64,000 bases of DNA from Sarea resinae. Lineage: Eukaryota. The DNA lies in contig JAPEUD010000059.1 of assembly GCA_026026165.1 (NCBI GenBank), forward strand, positions 62,001 through 126,000. Reading direction: 5' to 3'. The position numbers and the translations under genes are program-made. Under the pieces are notes generated by a model, which did no database searches, was not told where the DNA came from, and was given only the letters and a program-made list of their open reading frames with translations. Within the stretch, counting starts at the first letter, position 1. Every line of letters starts with the position of its first letter. Shown here piece by piece: positions 62,965-64,000 of this stretch.

Positions 62965-64000
62965 ATGGCCTCCAAGATCAAGGATGCTCTTCCGTCCCAC
63001 CTCAAGCCAGGCAGCGGAACTGATGCCGACTTTGAGCGGAAACATCACGGCAAGACCAGGTCGCACATGGTAAGTCCTCCAATCTCACATTATTCGTCTG
63101 CATTCCCTCCAAATGTTCAAGTGCGAGATGGTATTGTATTCAGAACGCTATCCGCCCAGTGGTAGCAACGCAGGGCTTTTGGGGTGTCTGGAGACATCTT
63201 CGAAGCAGGCTCGGCTTTTTACCACATGGCTCACCCGCACACCTGTGCCTTTTACCTGCGTTGCGGTACCATCGTTCAGAGTCGGAGGCTGACCAGTCGT
63301 GATCCAATCCTCAAGGCATTCGAGAACACCTCGACTTCGGTTGCTGCTAGCCAGATGCGAAATGCTCTCAACGACCTCGCCGACACCGTGAAGGATGCGG
63401 AGGAGAAGAAGCGGTTCGAGACGGAGATGGACAACTTCTTTGCCCTCTTCCGAAGATATCTCAATGACAAGGCGAAGGGAAACACCCTGGCGTGGGACCG
63501 TATTGCACCACCACAACCTCAGCAGGTGGTTGAATACAATGACCTAGCAAACTCCGAGTCTGTGGAGTTCCTCAACAAGCTCGCGGTGCTCAAGCTCAAT
63601 GGCGGTCTGGGAACTTCCATGGGCTGCGTTGGTCCCAAGTCAGTCATCGAGGTTCGAGATGGCATGTCTTTTCTGGATCTGTCTGTCCGACAGATTGAGT
63701 TTCTCAACCGAACTTACGACGTCAACGTTCCATTCGTTCTGATGAACTCGTTCAACACCGACTCGGATACCAAGAACATCATCAAGAAGTACGAAGGCCA
63801 CAACATTGATATCCTTACCTTCAACCAGTCAAGATACCCTCGAATTTTGAAGGATTCTCTCCTCCCCGCTCCGAAGTCCATTGACTCCCCGATCAGCGAC
63901 TGGTACCCCCCAGGACACGGTGACGTCTTTGAGTCACTGTACAACTCCGGCATCCTTGACAAGCTCATCGAGCGTGGTGTCGAGATCATCTTCCTTTCCA
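62965..64000 (+). CDS. UGP1: UTP-glucose-1-phosphate uridylyltransferase, 5' part (continues beyond the window)
   Basis: [27 protein letters not shown], the signature [37 protein letters not shown] and WYPPGHGD. Coding intron 63070-63315; probable 5'-UTR intron at about 62696-62928. Confidence 0.97.

Noticed and set aside
62482..63073. Long upstream ORFs before UGP1
   Set aside because: They run through a (CACCT/CACTT)n tract and a probable 5'-UTR intron, show no codon bias, and may start upstream of the TSS.
63070..63315. TPP riboswitch or snoRNA in the UGP1 intron
   Set aside because: It lacks the CUGAGA and following conserved TPP aptamer elements, and I see no convincing C/D or H/ACA box arrangement.
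1..64000. tRNA and rRNA genes
   Set aside because: I recognised no cloverleaf with A/B boxes and no 5S or rDNA sequence by eye. A tRNAscan-SE/Infernal run is needed to exclude them.

Overview
This window is eukaryotic DNA from a filamentous ascomycete (Pezizomycotina). It has short spliceosomal introns (mostly about 45-60 nt, CTRAC-type branch points), gene-dense blocks and microsatellite-rich intergenic DNA. I reconstructed about 21 protein-coding genes by manual splicing. In order: a Zn2Cys6 transcription factor (cut by the left edge), mitochondrial RNase II Cyt-4/Dss1, a DHA2-type MFS efflux pump, a small 4-TM protein, a LaeA-like SAM methyltransferase, a GFA/CENP-V protein, the FYVE-RING ligase Pib1, an FLC/TRP-like membrane protein, an MDR-family oxidoreductase, a large hypothetical protein, a Cys/Met PLP enzyme, two orphan ORFs, an Atg22-family MFS, a GH3-GNAT-GNAT protein (Ngs1/Nag3-like), a second LaeA-like methyltransferase, a secreted Bys1-family protein, tricalbin, Sti1, Rpc34 and Ugp1 (cut by the right edge). 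I recognised no rRNA, tRNA, CRISPR array or intact transposon. The most notable observations are: (1) the Ngs1-like gene sits head-to-head with the Atg22-like transporter across a 300-bp promoter holding four GATAA sites and two tiny uORFs; (2) the first coding intron of UGP1 contains a multi-stem, possibly switchable RNA structure; (3) a 63-bp tandem repeat is open in three frames, reading as Kex2-type, Pro-flanked or CxxC peptide repeats, and lies between the two orphan ORFs; (4) a 1.5-kb RIP-like AT-rich island has no visible transposon; (5) a 9-mer, TACGGAGTA, recurs in intergenic DNA; (6) there are many AAG splice acceptors and one GC-AG intron. All family calls come from my own motif recognition. 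No database searches were run, and exon boundaries are manual predictions.
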